Of a stretch of DNA of 64,000 nucleotides, positions 8,590-18,200 are shown piece after piece. The stretch comes from Planctomycetota bacterium (GTDB lineage: Bacteria > Planctomycetota > UBA8108 > UBA1146 > JAJFFE01), in contig JBJXGE010000003.1 of the NCBI GenBank assembly GCA_046154185.1, forward strand, positions 21,144-85,143, read 5' to 3'. A program made the position numbers and the translations under genes. How positions within the stretch are numbered: position 1 is the stretch's first letter; each line of letters begins with the position of its first letter. The notes beneath the pieces are model-generated. The model worked only from the letters and a program-made list of their open reading frames with translations. It was not told where the DNA came from and did not search any database.

Positions 8590-9116
8590 CTGCGTCCCTC
8601 CGGCCGGCGCAGGTCGCCAGTAACTTTCATGAGCGCCAGGCGCAAACGAGATTCTACGGTCTTCACCGACTCCGTGGTGATGTCCGCGATTTCGCGACAG
8701 CTCAATTCCTCGATGCGATGCAACACAAACACGATGCGCTGCGCCGACGGCAACTTGTCGATCGCCCTCCACACGCGCTGGCGATCTTCCGCGCGATCGA
8801 TCGCTGGCGCGTCTTCGGGCGCCGTAACGCAGCGGTGGTCTGAACTCACTCGCAGCCAACGCTCGAGAAGCCGCCGCGCTCGACCCGCGCGCGTGCCGAA
8901 TTCACGCCACTGATTGAGCGCCACCTGGTAAACGTAAGTTCGACCGTTGCCAGTGCCCTGGTAGTTGCGCCGGTACTTCCAAAGTTTCAAAAACGTGCTC
9001 TGCAACAAGTCGTCCGCGGTGGCACGACAACCGCAAAGCCGCACGAAGAACCGCAGCAACGCCGCGTGGTGCTGCGCAAAAAGTTCTTCCATGGCGCTCT
9101 CGTCCGCGCGCGCCAC
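8586..9116 (-). CDS. ECF (sigma-70 family) RNA polymerase sigma factor
   Basis: Region 2 (LLRFFVRLCGC..DDLLQSTFLKLW) and region 4 (LPSAQRIVFVLHRIEELSCREIADITTESVKTVESRLRLAL). Exact start uncertain: GTG at 9116, or further upstream. The track start at 9461 adds a low-complexity extension. Confidence 0.75.
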   Translation of the reverse strand: MARADESAMEELFAQHHAALLRFFVRLCGCRATADDLLQSTFLKLWKYRRNYQGTGNGRTYVYQVALNQWREFGTRAGRARRLLERWLRVSSDHRCVTAPEDAPAIDRAEDRQRVWRAIDKLPSAQRIVFVLHRIEELSCREIADITTESVKTVESRLRLALMKVTGDLRRPEGRS

Positions 9117-9289
9117 CCGCAGGAGCAGTGAGCGAAACCCATCGTCCGGACCATCCGTCGCTGGCGTTGCGCTTGCGCTGATGGAACTTCGCGAACCGGG
9201 TCGCTCCTCAAATATCTTTGCGGAATCTGGTTGTTGTTGCAAAGGGGGCCGGCGGCGCGGCGTTGCGATCAGACAATCGTGGTCGATTC

Positions 9290-9316
9290 GAGTCGAGCCG
9301 AGTCGAGTCGAGTCGA
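9290..9316. repeat. Pentanucleotide microsatellite (GAGTC)n, 5 copies, in the sigma-factor upstream region
   Basis: GAGTCGAGCCGAGTCGAGTCGAGTCGA read from the sequence. Confidence 0.5.
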
Positions 9317-9523
9317 TACAGTCGTCGATCGCGGCGCTGTCGTCGTTCGAAGAGTTGCGAGGGATCGGAATCCTAACGCGAGACCGCGACCAGTGCGACG
9401 GCACGCACATTTTTTTGAGGGAGTCCGGGCGGTCGCGTGTCTCAACTATCACGGAGCGCATCCGTAATTCTCCCCAACGGGACTCTGAATCCCTCTAGGG
9501 TCCACAATACGGAAAGGACGTGA

Positions 9524-9727
9524 ATGCGTAAGTTTCTGGCGATCGCGCTCGTTGCTGTCGCGCTGCTCGTGCCCTGGTTCGCCGGGGTCGGCGCCGCGGG
9601 TGAGACGAAGAGCACGCGCTGTAATCAGCACGGCTGTCCGCTCGCTCAATCAGCATCGACGGATGGCTACCAAGCCATCGCGCAACTTCAGATCGGCACC
9701 GTCTCGGTCGCTGAGCTGGAAAAGTAG
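9524..9727 (+). CDS. Small secreted Cys-containing protein (67 aa), hypothetical
   Basis: AAGGA SD 5 nt upstream of ATG. Signal peptide MRKFLAIALVAVALLVPWFAGVGAAG. Mature part has CNQHGC. Confidence 0.4.
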   Translation: MRKFLAIALVAVALLVPWFAGVGAAGETKSTRCNQHGCPLAQSASTDGYQAIAQLQIGTVSVAELEK

Positions 9728-9865
9728 TGGCCACGGGGGCTGTGCACTGCTCGATGGGTCGGGTGTAGGCTCGTCTGGCTGGGCTGGCCCCTTTTCAATT
9801 TTCACGTTCGACCGCAATGTCGTCGGGCACCGCGCCCCGCTGCGAGAGTAAGAAGGAATCGCTTC

Positions 9866-10750
9866 ATGCAAAGTTCTCAGAAATCGAAGGGTCGGCCGCC
9901 GCGGCGGGCGAGACGTCTGCTGCGGGCACTCGGCGTCGCGCTGGTCGTGACGTTGTCGATGCTCGCGAGCGACGCGCTCGCGACGCGCGCGCCGACGGAC
10001 AATTCGCCTGCGTTCAAAGAGGCGTGGGATCTCTATCAAGCGGGCAAGCCGGCGCTCGCGAAGTTCGAGCAAATCGTCGCCGACGAGAAGGCGCCGAAAA
10101 AGGAGCGTTTCAACTCCGCATATGTGCTCGCCGTACTCGAACTCGCGCGCGAAAACGCCGACGCCGCGCTGAAGCATCTCGATCGCGCCGACGATCTCGT
10201 GGCGAGTCGACCCCAGGTCGCGACGCGACGAGGTGAGGCATTGATCTTGAAGAAAGACCTCAAGGGCGCGGCAAAAGTTTTGAAGGCGGCGGCCGCCGGC
10301 GTCAAGAGTGCGAAGAGCGCGGAGCTCAGCTTCACGCACGGCCTTGCGCTCACCCGACTCGAGATCGCGGCTGGCGAGAACGACGCTGCTCGCCAGCGAC
10401 TCGAGGCGCTCGCCCGCCAGCGACTCGAGCGCTGGGAGAGCTACTTCCAGATCGCGCTCCTGTACGAAAAACTCGACGATCCGAAGCCGGCGATCAGCAA
10501 CTACGCCGAAGTCCTGAAGCGCGACCCAGGAAAAGATCCCTTCGCGGGCATCTACGCCTACCAGCGGCACGCCGCGCTCAGTGTGGCATCCGACCCGGGC
10601 TCTTATGGCAAGAAACAGTTATTGACGGAGGCCAAGAAGAACTACGAGATCTTTTTGAAGCGCGCCGAAGCGAATGGGGTCGCCAGCAACTTGGTGGCGG
10701 TGACGACCAATGCAGTCGAGGGCATCAAGATGTTTCTCGGTGGTGGTTAG
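9866..10750 (+). CDS. Secreted TPR-like repeat protein, hypothetical
   Basis: AAGGA SD. Signal peptide. Helical repeat-rich sequence (AxxLxxAG motifs) consistent with TPR/Sel1-like repeats. Confidence 0.55.
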   Translation: MQSSQKSKGRPPRRARRLLRALGVALVVTLSMLASDALATRAPTDNSPAFKEAWDLYQAGKPALAKFEQIVADEKAPKKERFNSAYVLAVLELARENADAALKHLDRADDLVASRPQVATRRGEALILKKDLKGAAKVLKAAAAGVKSAKSAELSFTHGLALTRLEIAAGENDAARQRLEALARQRLERWESYFQIALLYEKLDDPKPAISNYAEVLKRDPGKDPFAGIYAYQRHAALSVASDPGSYGKKQLLTEAKKNYEIFLKRAEANGVASNLVAVTTNAVEGIKMFLGGG

Positions 10751-10915
10751 CCGGCGCGAATTTCGCCAGGGCGCGCTCGACGCGGCGGTGGACTTCCACC
10801 GCCGCCGGGCACGCCATTTGACGCTCGCTCGATTCCCCAGGTATCATCCATCGAGAGGTAGCGAGTGTTCGGTGCGGTGAACCGCCGAGCCGCTTGCTAG
10901 AGGGGGGATTGCCAG

Positions 10916-11158
10916 GTGCCAACCAAAATTCGGCCAACCTTCTGGTATGACGTCACGCGGGAAATGCGACAGCTCGTCCTGAAGGGCAAGCTGACCGCGG
11001 CGTTTCCCACGCGGGCGAGTGGTTTCGAACGGGCGCTGCTCGAAGGCGGGCGCATTGTTTACTCGCCAGACGAAGACGACTACTACCAAGAAATCGAAAT
11101 GGATCAGCTCTTCCAGGATCCGCAGACCGGAAGGACTTGCGGCGTTCGGAAAATCTGA
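10916..11158 (+). CDS. Hypothetical protein (80 aa), GTG start, immediately upstream of rpoN
   Basis: GAGGGGGG SD upstream of GTG. No recognisable family. Confidence 0.3.
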   Translation: MPTKIRPTFWYDVTREMRQLVLKGKLTAAFPTRASGFERALLEGGRIVYSPDEDDYYQEIEMDQLFQDPQTGRTCGVRKI

Positions 11159-11361
11159 GCTGTTCGACTTCGTAAATATACGAAACGGCTCGGCGCGCAA
11201 CCCGCGCTAAAGTCGGGCTGAGAAAAAGAGAGGGCGACGCGCGGCGGCGGCCAAGCGCGCCTCACACCACACCACGTCTCTCGATTCCACCGCCAGTAGC
11301 GCGCGTCGTTGCGCGACCGCAAGGTCGTTGCGACTCGGCGTGCGCACCGAGAGGGGAACCC

Positions 11362-12756
11362 GTGAGACTGCATCTGTCCGCGCGCATGGAGCAGCAACAA
11401 GTGCTCGCTCCGCAGATGATCCTGTCGATGGACATCTTGCTGCTCAATTCGCTCGATCTTGAGAATCGAATTGAGAAAGAGTTCATGGAGAATCCGGCGC
11501 TGGAACTCGCCGAGAACGAAGAGAGTAGCGAGCCGCGCGACGAAACGAGCGAACGTGACAAAGAGATCGCCGAGATTATGGATGTGCTCGGCGAGTACGA
11601 GCGCCGCTTCGGCGGCAACGATGTCCCGATGCGGCGCGGTTCAGACGGGGGCGGCGACGAGTCGAAGCAAGAGGCGCTCCTCAACCATGCGGATCGGCCG
11701 CCGACCTTGGTCGAACACTTGCGCGCGCAACTGCCATTCGCCGGTCTCGATCCGCGATTGCAGTATTTGACGCAAGAGCTCGCAGGGAATATCGACCACC
11801 GCGGCTATTTCATCGGCGAGCTCGAGGAGTTCGCGTCGGCATTGTGCGTGCCGCTCGAGCGCGCCGAGGCCGCGCTCAAATGCGTGCATGGTCTCGATCC
11901 GCGCGGCGTCGGCGCACGCGACCTACGAGAATGTCTACTGCTGCAACTCGGCGACGCGCCATCCGTGGAGCGCTCGATCGTCGCGGATCACCTCGACGAC
12001 TTGCTCGAAAATAGACTGCCGCGCATCGCCGAGCAATTACGAATCAGCATCGACGATGTGCAGGAGGCGCGCGAATTCATCGCGAAACTCGATCCGTGTC
12101 CGGGCGCGGGCTTCGATAGCAGCCGCGACGGCGTTGCGATTCCGGAGATGTTCGTCGACGAGATCGACGGCGTGTTCAAGGTGCGCATGGAGGAGACGCT
12201 CCTGCCGAACCTGCGGATCTCGCCGGCTTGCACGACGATGTTGCGCCAGGACGGTCACAATCCGCAGGTGCGCGAGTTCATCCGCCGCAAGCTAGAAGCT
12301 GCGCGCTGGCTGATTCACGCGATCGAACAGCGCCGTCGCACGCTTCTCGATATTGCGCAGGCGATCGTGGATGTGCAGAACAGCTTTTTCGTGCACGGTC
12401 CCGGCCACTTGAGCGCGTTGACGATGCAGGCGATCGCCGACCAGGTCGGGGTTCATATCTCGACGGTCAGCCGCGCGACGAACGGCAAGTACATCGAAAC
12501 GCCCTACGGCGTGTTCGAGCTGCGTCGCTTCTTCACCGGCGGCGTCGAACGCGAAGGCGGCGGCATCGAGAGCCGCGACAACGTGTGCCAACTCATCGAG
12601 GAGATTGTGCGCGGCGAAGATGCCCACCACCCGCTCAGCGACTCGCAACTCGCCGCGGCGCTCAAAGGCCGCGGCATCGAGATCGCGCGCCGCACCGTCA
12701 CGAAGTACCGCGAACGCGCTGGGATCCCGGCGTTGAAGTTAAGAAAAAAATACTAG
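11362..12756 (+). CDS. rpoN: RNA polymerase sigma-54 factor
   Basis: N-terminal Gln/Leu-rich activator-interacting region (MRLHLSARMEQQQVLAPQMILSMDILLLNSLDL), core-binding domain, DNA-binding HTH and RpoN box ARRTVTKYRE near the C-terminus. GTG start with GAGGGG SD. Confidence 0.95.
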   Translation: MRLHLSARMEQQQVLAPQMILSMDILLLNSLDLENRIEKEFMENPALELAENEESSEPRDETSERDKEIAEIMDVLGEYERRFGGNDVPMRRGSDGGGDESKQEALLNHADRPPTLVEHLRAQLPFAGLDPRLQYLTQELAGNIDHRGYFIGELEEFASALCVPLERAEAALKCVHGLDPRGVGARDLRECLLLQLGDAPSVERSIVADHLDDLLENRLPRIAEQLRISIDDVQEAREFIAKLDPCPGAGFDSSRDGVAIPEMFVDEIDGVFKVRMEETLLPNLRISPACTTMLRQDGHNPQVREFIRRKLEAARWLIHAIEQRRRTLLDIAQAIVDVQNSFFVHGPGHLSALTMQAIADQVGVHISTVSRATNGKYIETPYGVFELRRFFTGGVEREGGGIESRDNVCQLIEEIVRGEDAHHPLSDSQLAAALKGRGIEIARRTVTKYRERAGIPALKLRKKY

Positions 12757-13066
12757 GTCGGAGGAGGATATCTCTCGGCCTATCAGCGCGCGCGCAATGG
12801 CGGGACAATCTCCGTACTCGGACTCGTACGCGCGCGTTCGAATCTCAACACCGCTCGGGCGCTGCGAGAAAACTTCGCAAGCGCCCAGGCCGCAACTGGC
12901 GCGAGCAGCTCACGTGCACGCGCCGCTATCCACGCAATCGAAGCTATCGCGTGTCTTCGGTTCGGCGCCGCAGTCGGGATTCGGGCCGAACGGCGTCGTC
13001 CGGGGCAATACCTGAGACGACGAATTCGCCACTCGGCGCAAGAATGAGTCGTGCGACCAATCGCGG

Positions 13067-13480
13067 TCACTCCGTTCGCGTTCGTCCCTTGCGCCCGGGT
13101 CGACGCGGCGCGCCAAACACAAACGTCGCGACCACGAGCGCCCCGAATACCGAGTAGCCGAGTGTGAAGACCCACGGCTCGGCGCGAAAGAACATCGCAC
13201 TCTCCATCCAGTGCGCGACAAAGTCCCCTTGATAACTTGCGCCTCCCGCCTTGATTCGGAGCTCGTGTTCCCATGTTGTCAGCGGACACGTGATGCCGGC
13301 CCAGGATTCGCCGACCACGATGGCAATTGCCGTTAAGTGCGCCGCACGGAACCAAAAATTCCGCACCCATTGCCAGCGACAAAGCAGGCCGACGACGATC
13401 AACATCAATCCGACAACCACGAACGCGACGTAACTGAAATGGACGAGCAGCACGAGATCCGCGAGTATGCGATAGAGCAT
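13067..13480 (-). CDS. DUF2784 family membrane protein
   Basis: MLYRILADLVLLVHFSYVAFVVVGL... with the conserved CPLT motif (GITCPLTTWEHELR). Start re-assigned to ATG at 13480. Confidence 0.7.
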   Translation of the reverse strand: MLYRILADLVLLVHFSYVAFVVVGLMLIVVGLLCRWQWVRNFWFRAAHLTAIAIVVGESWAGITCPLTTWEHELRIKAGGASYQGDFVAHWMESAMFFRAEPWVFTLGYSVFGALVVATFVFGAPRRPGRKGRTRTE

Positions 13481-14061
13481 CTCAGCATCTTTCTGCTTTG
13501 AGGCCGGCGCGCTCGAGCGGGCTGACACTACCACGAAACTGCGCGAGCGCGAGCCACCAGCGTCACGTCCTCGCAAAGCGAACCCCGGCCGACACCGAAT
13601 CTTGACGGTCCTGTTTTGCGAAGTAGAAGAAGCTCGTCGCTTTCGATCGGAATTCTCCTCGGCAGCGGCGGCACGGCCTCCGGCCGGCTCGCCGATTCCG
13701 CAGGCAGGTAGCTAGGAATGTCGCTAGGAATGTAGCTCTCGGGCGGCCCCAGCCGACCGACAGCCGCCAAACACTGATCGCTCAAACTCAGTACCTGTAG
13801 TGCCAGCGAAGCACGATGGGCTCCACTTCCTTTGCAAAACTGAACGCGGCCACCGCCATGCACAAATTTCGTCCGGGGCTTGGCACGCCCGGGAACGGCG
13901 TCGAGTGCGACGGCGAGTGACGAGCGCGAGATCGGTGCGAGGTGCGGCGAAAGGATGTGCGTTGCGCGGGTCGAGCGCGCTCTCAGCTCGGCGCGCATTT
14001 CGCCAACGGAAAACGGGCTTGCGCCCGTTCCCGAATGGAAACTCTGGAAAGGACACAGCTC

Positions 14062-15045
14062 ATGCGCAGAATCGCGTTACTCCTGCTTTCTATTGCCGGC
14101 CTGATGACCGTTGGACTGTTCACGCGTGAGGCCGCTGCTCAGCTCGCGTACCCGAGTGGCGTCGAGGACTTCGAGTCACTCGTCGTCGGTGACAGTGTCG
14201 TCTCCATCGGTTGGATCGTCGTGAGCACGAGCCCGATGCCGAGCGACTTCGCTGTGATCGGCGCAACTCCTGGTTTCGCTTCCGCCACAGCAGTGCGCGT
14301 CGTCGACGTCGATTCCGGCGATGTGCAGAATCGTTTCTACAGTCCCGGCCTCCAGGCGCCCGTCGAATCAAATTACTCGTGGAGTTGGTATGTGAACTTT
14401 GAAACGCCGCCGCCGGGTGGTACTGCGGTCAAACCGCGGCTGACGATCCAGCACTTTGGAGTTGGATTCGTGAATTCCTGGGGGGTCGAGTTCGCGGACG
14501 ATGGCATGCGGTTGGTCGTCACCGGCAACGGCGGCCCGGCGGGTAGCGTGTTGCTGAACGGGCCGCCGGTCCTCGGGACCTGGCATCTGGTTGAGTTGTC
14601 GGTGGACTTCGATGCGGACACCGTGACCGCCGCGATCGATGGCGGCGTGCCCGCTTCGCTACCGATTGCGCTCACAGGTGATCCGACGCTCTTCCGCTTC
14701 TGTTATCGCGGTGAAGGCGTCGGCAACGTTGCGACTTTTCTCGTCGACCGGGTTTCGGTGGTCATCGATGAGGCGCCGAATTTCGTGCGCGGCGACTGCA
14801 ACAACGATGGCGGGAACGACATCGCGGATGCGGTGTTCGGTCTGAGCTTTCTGTTCAGCGCCGGTGCGGCCCCGGACTGCTCCGACGCGTGTGACGGAAA
14901 CGATGACGGCTCGCTCGACGTCGGGGACATGATTTCGATTCTTAGCGCGCTCTTCGGTGGCGGCCCACCGCTTCCCGCACCGAACTCATGTGGCCCGGAT
15001 CTAACTTCCGATTCTCTGACTTGCGATGCATTCAGTGGCTGTTAG
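14062..15045 (+). CDS. Secreted LamG/ConA-like jelly-roll protein with a C-terminal dockerin-like Cys-tail module
   Basis: AAGGA SD. Signal peptide MRRIALLLLSIAGLMTVGLFTREAAAQ. C-terminal FVRGDCNNDGGNDIADAVFGLSFLF...DGNDDGSLDVGDMISILSALFGGGPPLPAPNSCGPDLTSDSLTCDAFSGC, ending in a stop codon. Confidence 0.75.
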   Translation: MRRIALLLLSIAGLMTVGLFTREAAAQLAYPSGVEDFESLVVGDSVVSIGWIVVSTSPMPSDFAVIGATPGFASATAVRVVDVDSGDVQNRFYSPGLQAPVESNYSWSWYVNFETPPPGGTAVKPRLTIQHFGVGFVNSWGVEFADDGMRLVVTGNGGPAGSVLLNGPPVLGTWHLVELSVDFDADTVTAAIDGGVPASLPIALTGDPTLFRFCYRGEGVGNVATFLVDRVSVVIDEAPNFVRGDCNNDGGNDIADAVFGLSFLFSAGAAPDCSDACDGNDDGSLDVGDMISILSALFGGGPPLPAPNSCGPDLTSDSLTCDAFSGC

Positions 15046-15222
15046 CCCGTAGGACTCGCTCGGCAACTCGAAACCGGGGTGGGCCCACGAACTGCCCGCC
15101 CCGGTTCGCATGCCAGGGACCTGTGGACGTCCGTGTGAGGGAGTCGGGAGCAAATCGAGCCACCCGTTCCGTCCCGCAAGCGGGTGGCTCGATCGCAACC
15201 GTCAGAAGTCGTCGGCCGGTTG

Positions 15223-18200
15223 TTAGGGAACGATCGTCACCGTCCCGCAGTACTTGTCCGTGGGAATCGCAGTGCCGGATGTCCCCGTCACCACTGTCGC
15301 GACCGGACCGGCGCCGCCTCCGCCGATCGTGTCACAGAAGCACACGTCGGTTGTCGATCCTGCAACTCCGAGAATCGAGTAGTGCGCACGCAGAATCCAG
15401 TAGCCGGCGCCGGGCGGAAGCGAGTCGACGCCGATGAAATCGACAACGACTCCCATCGTGACGCCGTCACCCGGAATGACATCGACCACCGTCAGGTCGG
15501 CTGGCATACCGCCCGAGAGTACGCCGGCCAGCGAAATCGCCTCCGCCGTCGTGATCTCGATCACCGCTGAATCGTGGCAGACGCCGAAAGACCAACCCCC
15601 TAACGCCGTGTCCGTGTCGAGCACGATGTCGATCGAGACCGCCGAACCCTGCGATCCCGTCGCGTCGGTCAGCAGCACCGCTGGTCCAGCGCCCATATTG
15701 ATGATCCCGACGTCCGTGTAGCCACCGACGACTGGCGAAGAAACCTCGACCAATGCCTGCAGAGTCTCGCTCCCGCTCACAAGGCTACAGAGCAGCTCGA
15801 GTGTCGTACCTGTAAGCTCGACATCGACGATTTGGAATTGACCAGACGCCGCGGAAACGGCGCTGAATGCGGTCCCGACTACACTGATGGAGGCGCCGGG
15901 AAGCGGCGCACCGCTCGAAAGCATCGTGAACCCGACGATCGTGGTGCGCGGAATCGCCGGAATGATGCGAACAACGATCGACGCCAACGCGCCGTTGTTG
16001 GTGCCGCTAATCAGCACGAAGCCGGGATTGAGGCCGGCTACCAAGCCGGTTGGCGACACCGTCGCGATGGCGGAATTGGAAATGCGATAGGTCGTGCACG
16101 GATCGCTCGAGAAATCCGCCAGACTGCCGTCCGCAAGTTCTCCCAAGAGTTCGAGCTGCGCCGTATCCCCGACTTCGATGATGCCGTAGGACGGAGTTCC
16201 CGGCAGCCGCGAAAACTTGAGCGACTCGGGGATGGGCGGCGGATCGGTCGAGACCGTCATCCCTTGGACATCGATGGTCTGGCCTTGCGCGATCCGGAAT
16301 GGGCTGCTTGTCGCGTAGTAGCTAACACCGCCCACCGTCTTGGTCGCAATGGCCCGCACGCAGTCGTCGCTGACGAAATCGGGCGGCGACCCGGGTCCGC
16401 TGGGACCAAATTGGTCGGGCGCGGAAACGTTGCGGACCTTGTACGTGCCATGTGTTCCGATCTGCGCGCTCTGGCCGTTGACGACAACTTGCCAGGTTTC
16501 GTCGAGCACGACGCGCGGCGGTGGCTGTGTCGCCCAAAGCTCGATGCCATCCGTGGTGCCGTCGTCGTCCGAGTCTTCGTCGAACGGCAGCGTGCCGAAC
16601 AGCCGCTCCTGAATGTTGTTCAAGGAGTCGCCATCTTGATCGAGCATCGCGTCGGCCGAATCGGTGGGGTCGAGTCCAACCTCTATTTCCCAGTCGTCCG
16701 GCAGGATGTCTTCGTCGGCATCCGGGTACATCGGCGGCGGCGGTCCACCGCCCGAGCCGAGCGCGAGCCCGCCGCATTCTTCGCATCGACACGCTTCGTC
16801 TTGCGCCGACGAGAAAGCTCCAAAGCCGCCGACAGCGACGGCGGCGGCATAGATCGCCGCTTGAATCGAGCACACTTCGAAGGGCGGCAGGCCAGGTGTG
16901 AATTGGCCGGCGCAGATTCCCAAGAGATCCAACAAGAAAATCCCGTCGCAAGCAAACTTGGCAGTGAGCGCGCCGCACGCGCAAGTGCCGTAACAAATAT
17001 CGTGCGTGTCGCAGGCGGGCGTGAAGCACACCTGCCACACGAATACGTACGGGCACTCGGGCACCAGGCCTGCCGCCCATGGCGGATCGGCCGGACCGCA
17101 GCCGTTCGGCTCCGGCTCGTACTTGCAGCACTCGCCGGTCGCCGCATACGGCGGGCAATTGCAACCCCAGCCCGCGATGGTGAGGCCGGCGCCCGGATCG
17201 CTATTGATGAAGGCGCCCTCGGCATCGACGGTGCCGGCGCTGACGATCTCGAATCGATTGTTGATCGGGTTATAGCTCAAGAAATACGCGATCGAACCCG
17301 GTGCGAGTCCGGAGAAGTTCGGGTAGCGGATCGAGAGCGGCGGATCAAAGTGCGCACCCGCTGGCTGCAGCGTCCAAGCAAACGGCGGCGCCGCGCCATC
17401 GGGAATCGGCATTGGGACGTTGTCGTGGTGCACAGCGTTGAGCGACAGCGGCACGCTATTTCCGGAACCGGTCGCCACGATGGTTCCGTTCGGCAAAGTA
17501 ATTTCTGTTTCTGCGGCGACCAAGACTTCCAATCCATCAATGCCGTTTACCGTGAGTACGACATCTTGGCTGCCATCGAACTGTTGCACGTTCAGCGGAT
17601 TTAGCCGCGGCAACAATATCGGCTGCGGGAGCGTGTTTTCGGCGTTCGGCACCAGCACGACCAGATACCCGATCGAGGGGAACGTGCCGATCGCGACACT
17701 TTGGCTGCCGGCCGTGGTCGCGGTGGCGCCGTCGATGAAGAGCTGCCCGGAGCCCGCGCTCGGAACTTCGCTGAACTCGAATTGGCCGTCCGGACTGGTG
17801 GTCGTGAGTAACGTCGATGCTCCGACAGTCAAGCTGCAGGTCGCACCGCCAATCGGCTGCTGCGCGTTGTCGAGTACTGCGCCGTGAAAACTCGTCGGAC
17901 GATCAAAGTCGCGAGCAATTCCGTAGATGGTGAAAGTCGCGACCTTCGACATATCGCCGCTGAGGCGCACATCGACGACGTTGACTCCCGGCTGTGCGCC
18001 GGCCACAAGAACCGCTTCCGCGTGGCCGCTCGACATGGTGAGAAACGGAAAACTTGAAAGTCCATTGATCGTGCCGCCGCCTTCGACGACTTGGTAGACG
18101 ACCGCATAGTCGCTGACTCCGTTGACCCCATCTGACACCCATACGCGCAGCGGCAGCGGCACCGGTGCGCCGGCTTCGACAAACTGGTTATTACCATCGC

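Noticed and set aside
8589-8859. Anti-sigma start at 8859 as in the ORF track
   Set aside because: It would overlap the sigma gene by 270 nt. The zf-HC2 motif begins right after the TTG at 8589.
13877-13892. Sigma-54 promoter TGGCACGCCCGGGAAC upstream of 14062
   Set aside because: Has the -24 GG but no GC at -12, so it does not fit TGGCAC-N5-TTGC.
14781-14795. RGD integrin-binding motif at the start of each module
   Set aside because: The GD belongs to the first Asp of the Ca-binding loop (DxNxDG); the preceding R is coincidental context.
15832-17604. Long antisense ORFs inside real genes, for example 15832-17604, 30243-32381, 591-1343, 16322-17164 and 4388-5095
   Set aside because: They are opposite confirmed genes with strong domain signatures. 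They are Arg/Ala/Gly-rich low-complexity translations typical of high-GC DNA and have no SD.
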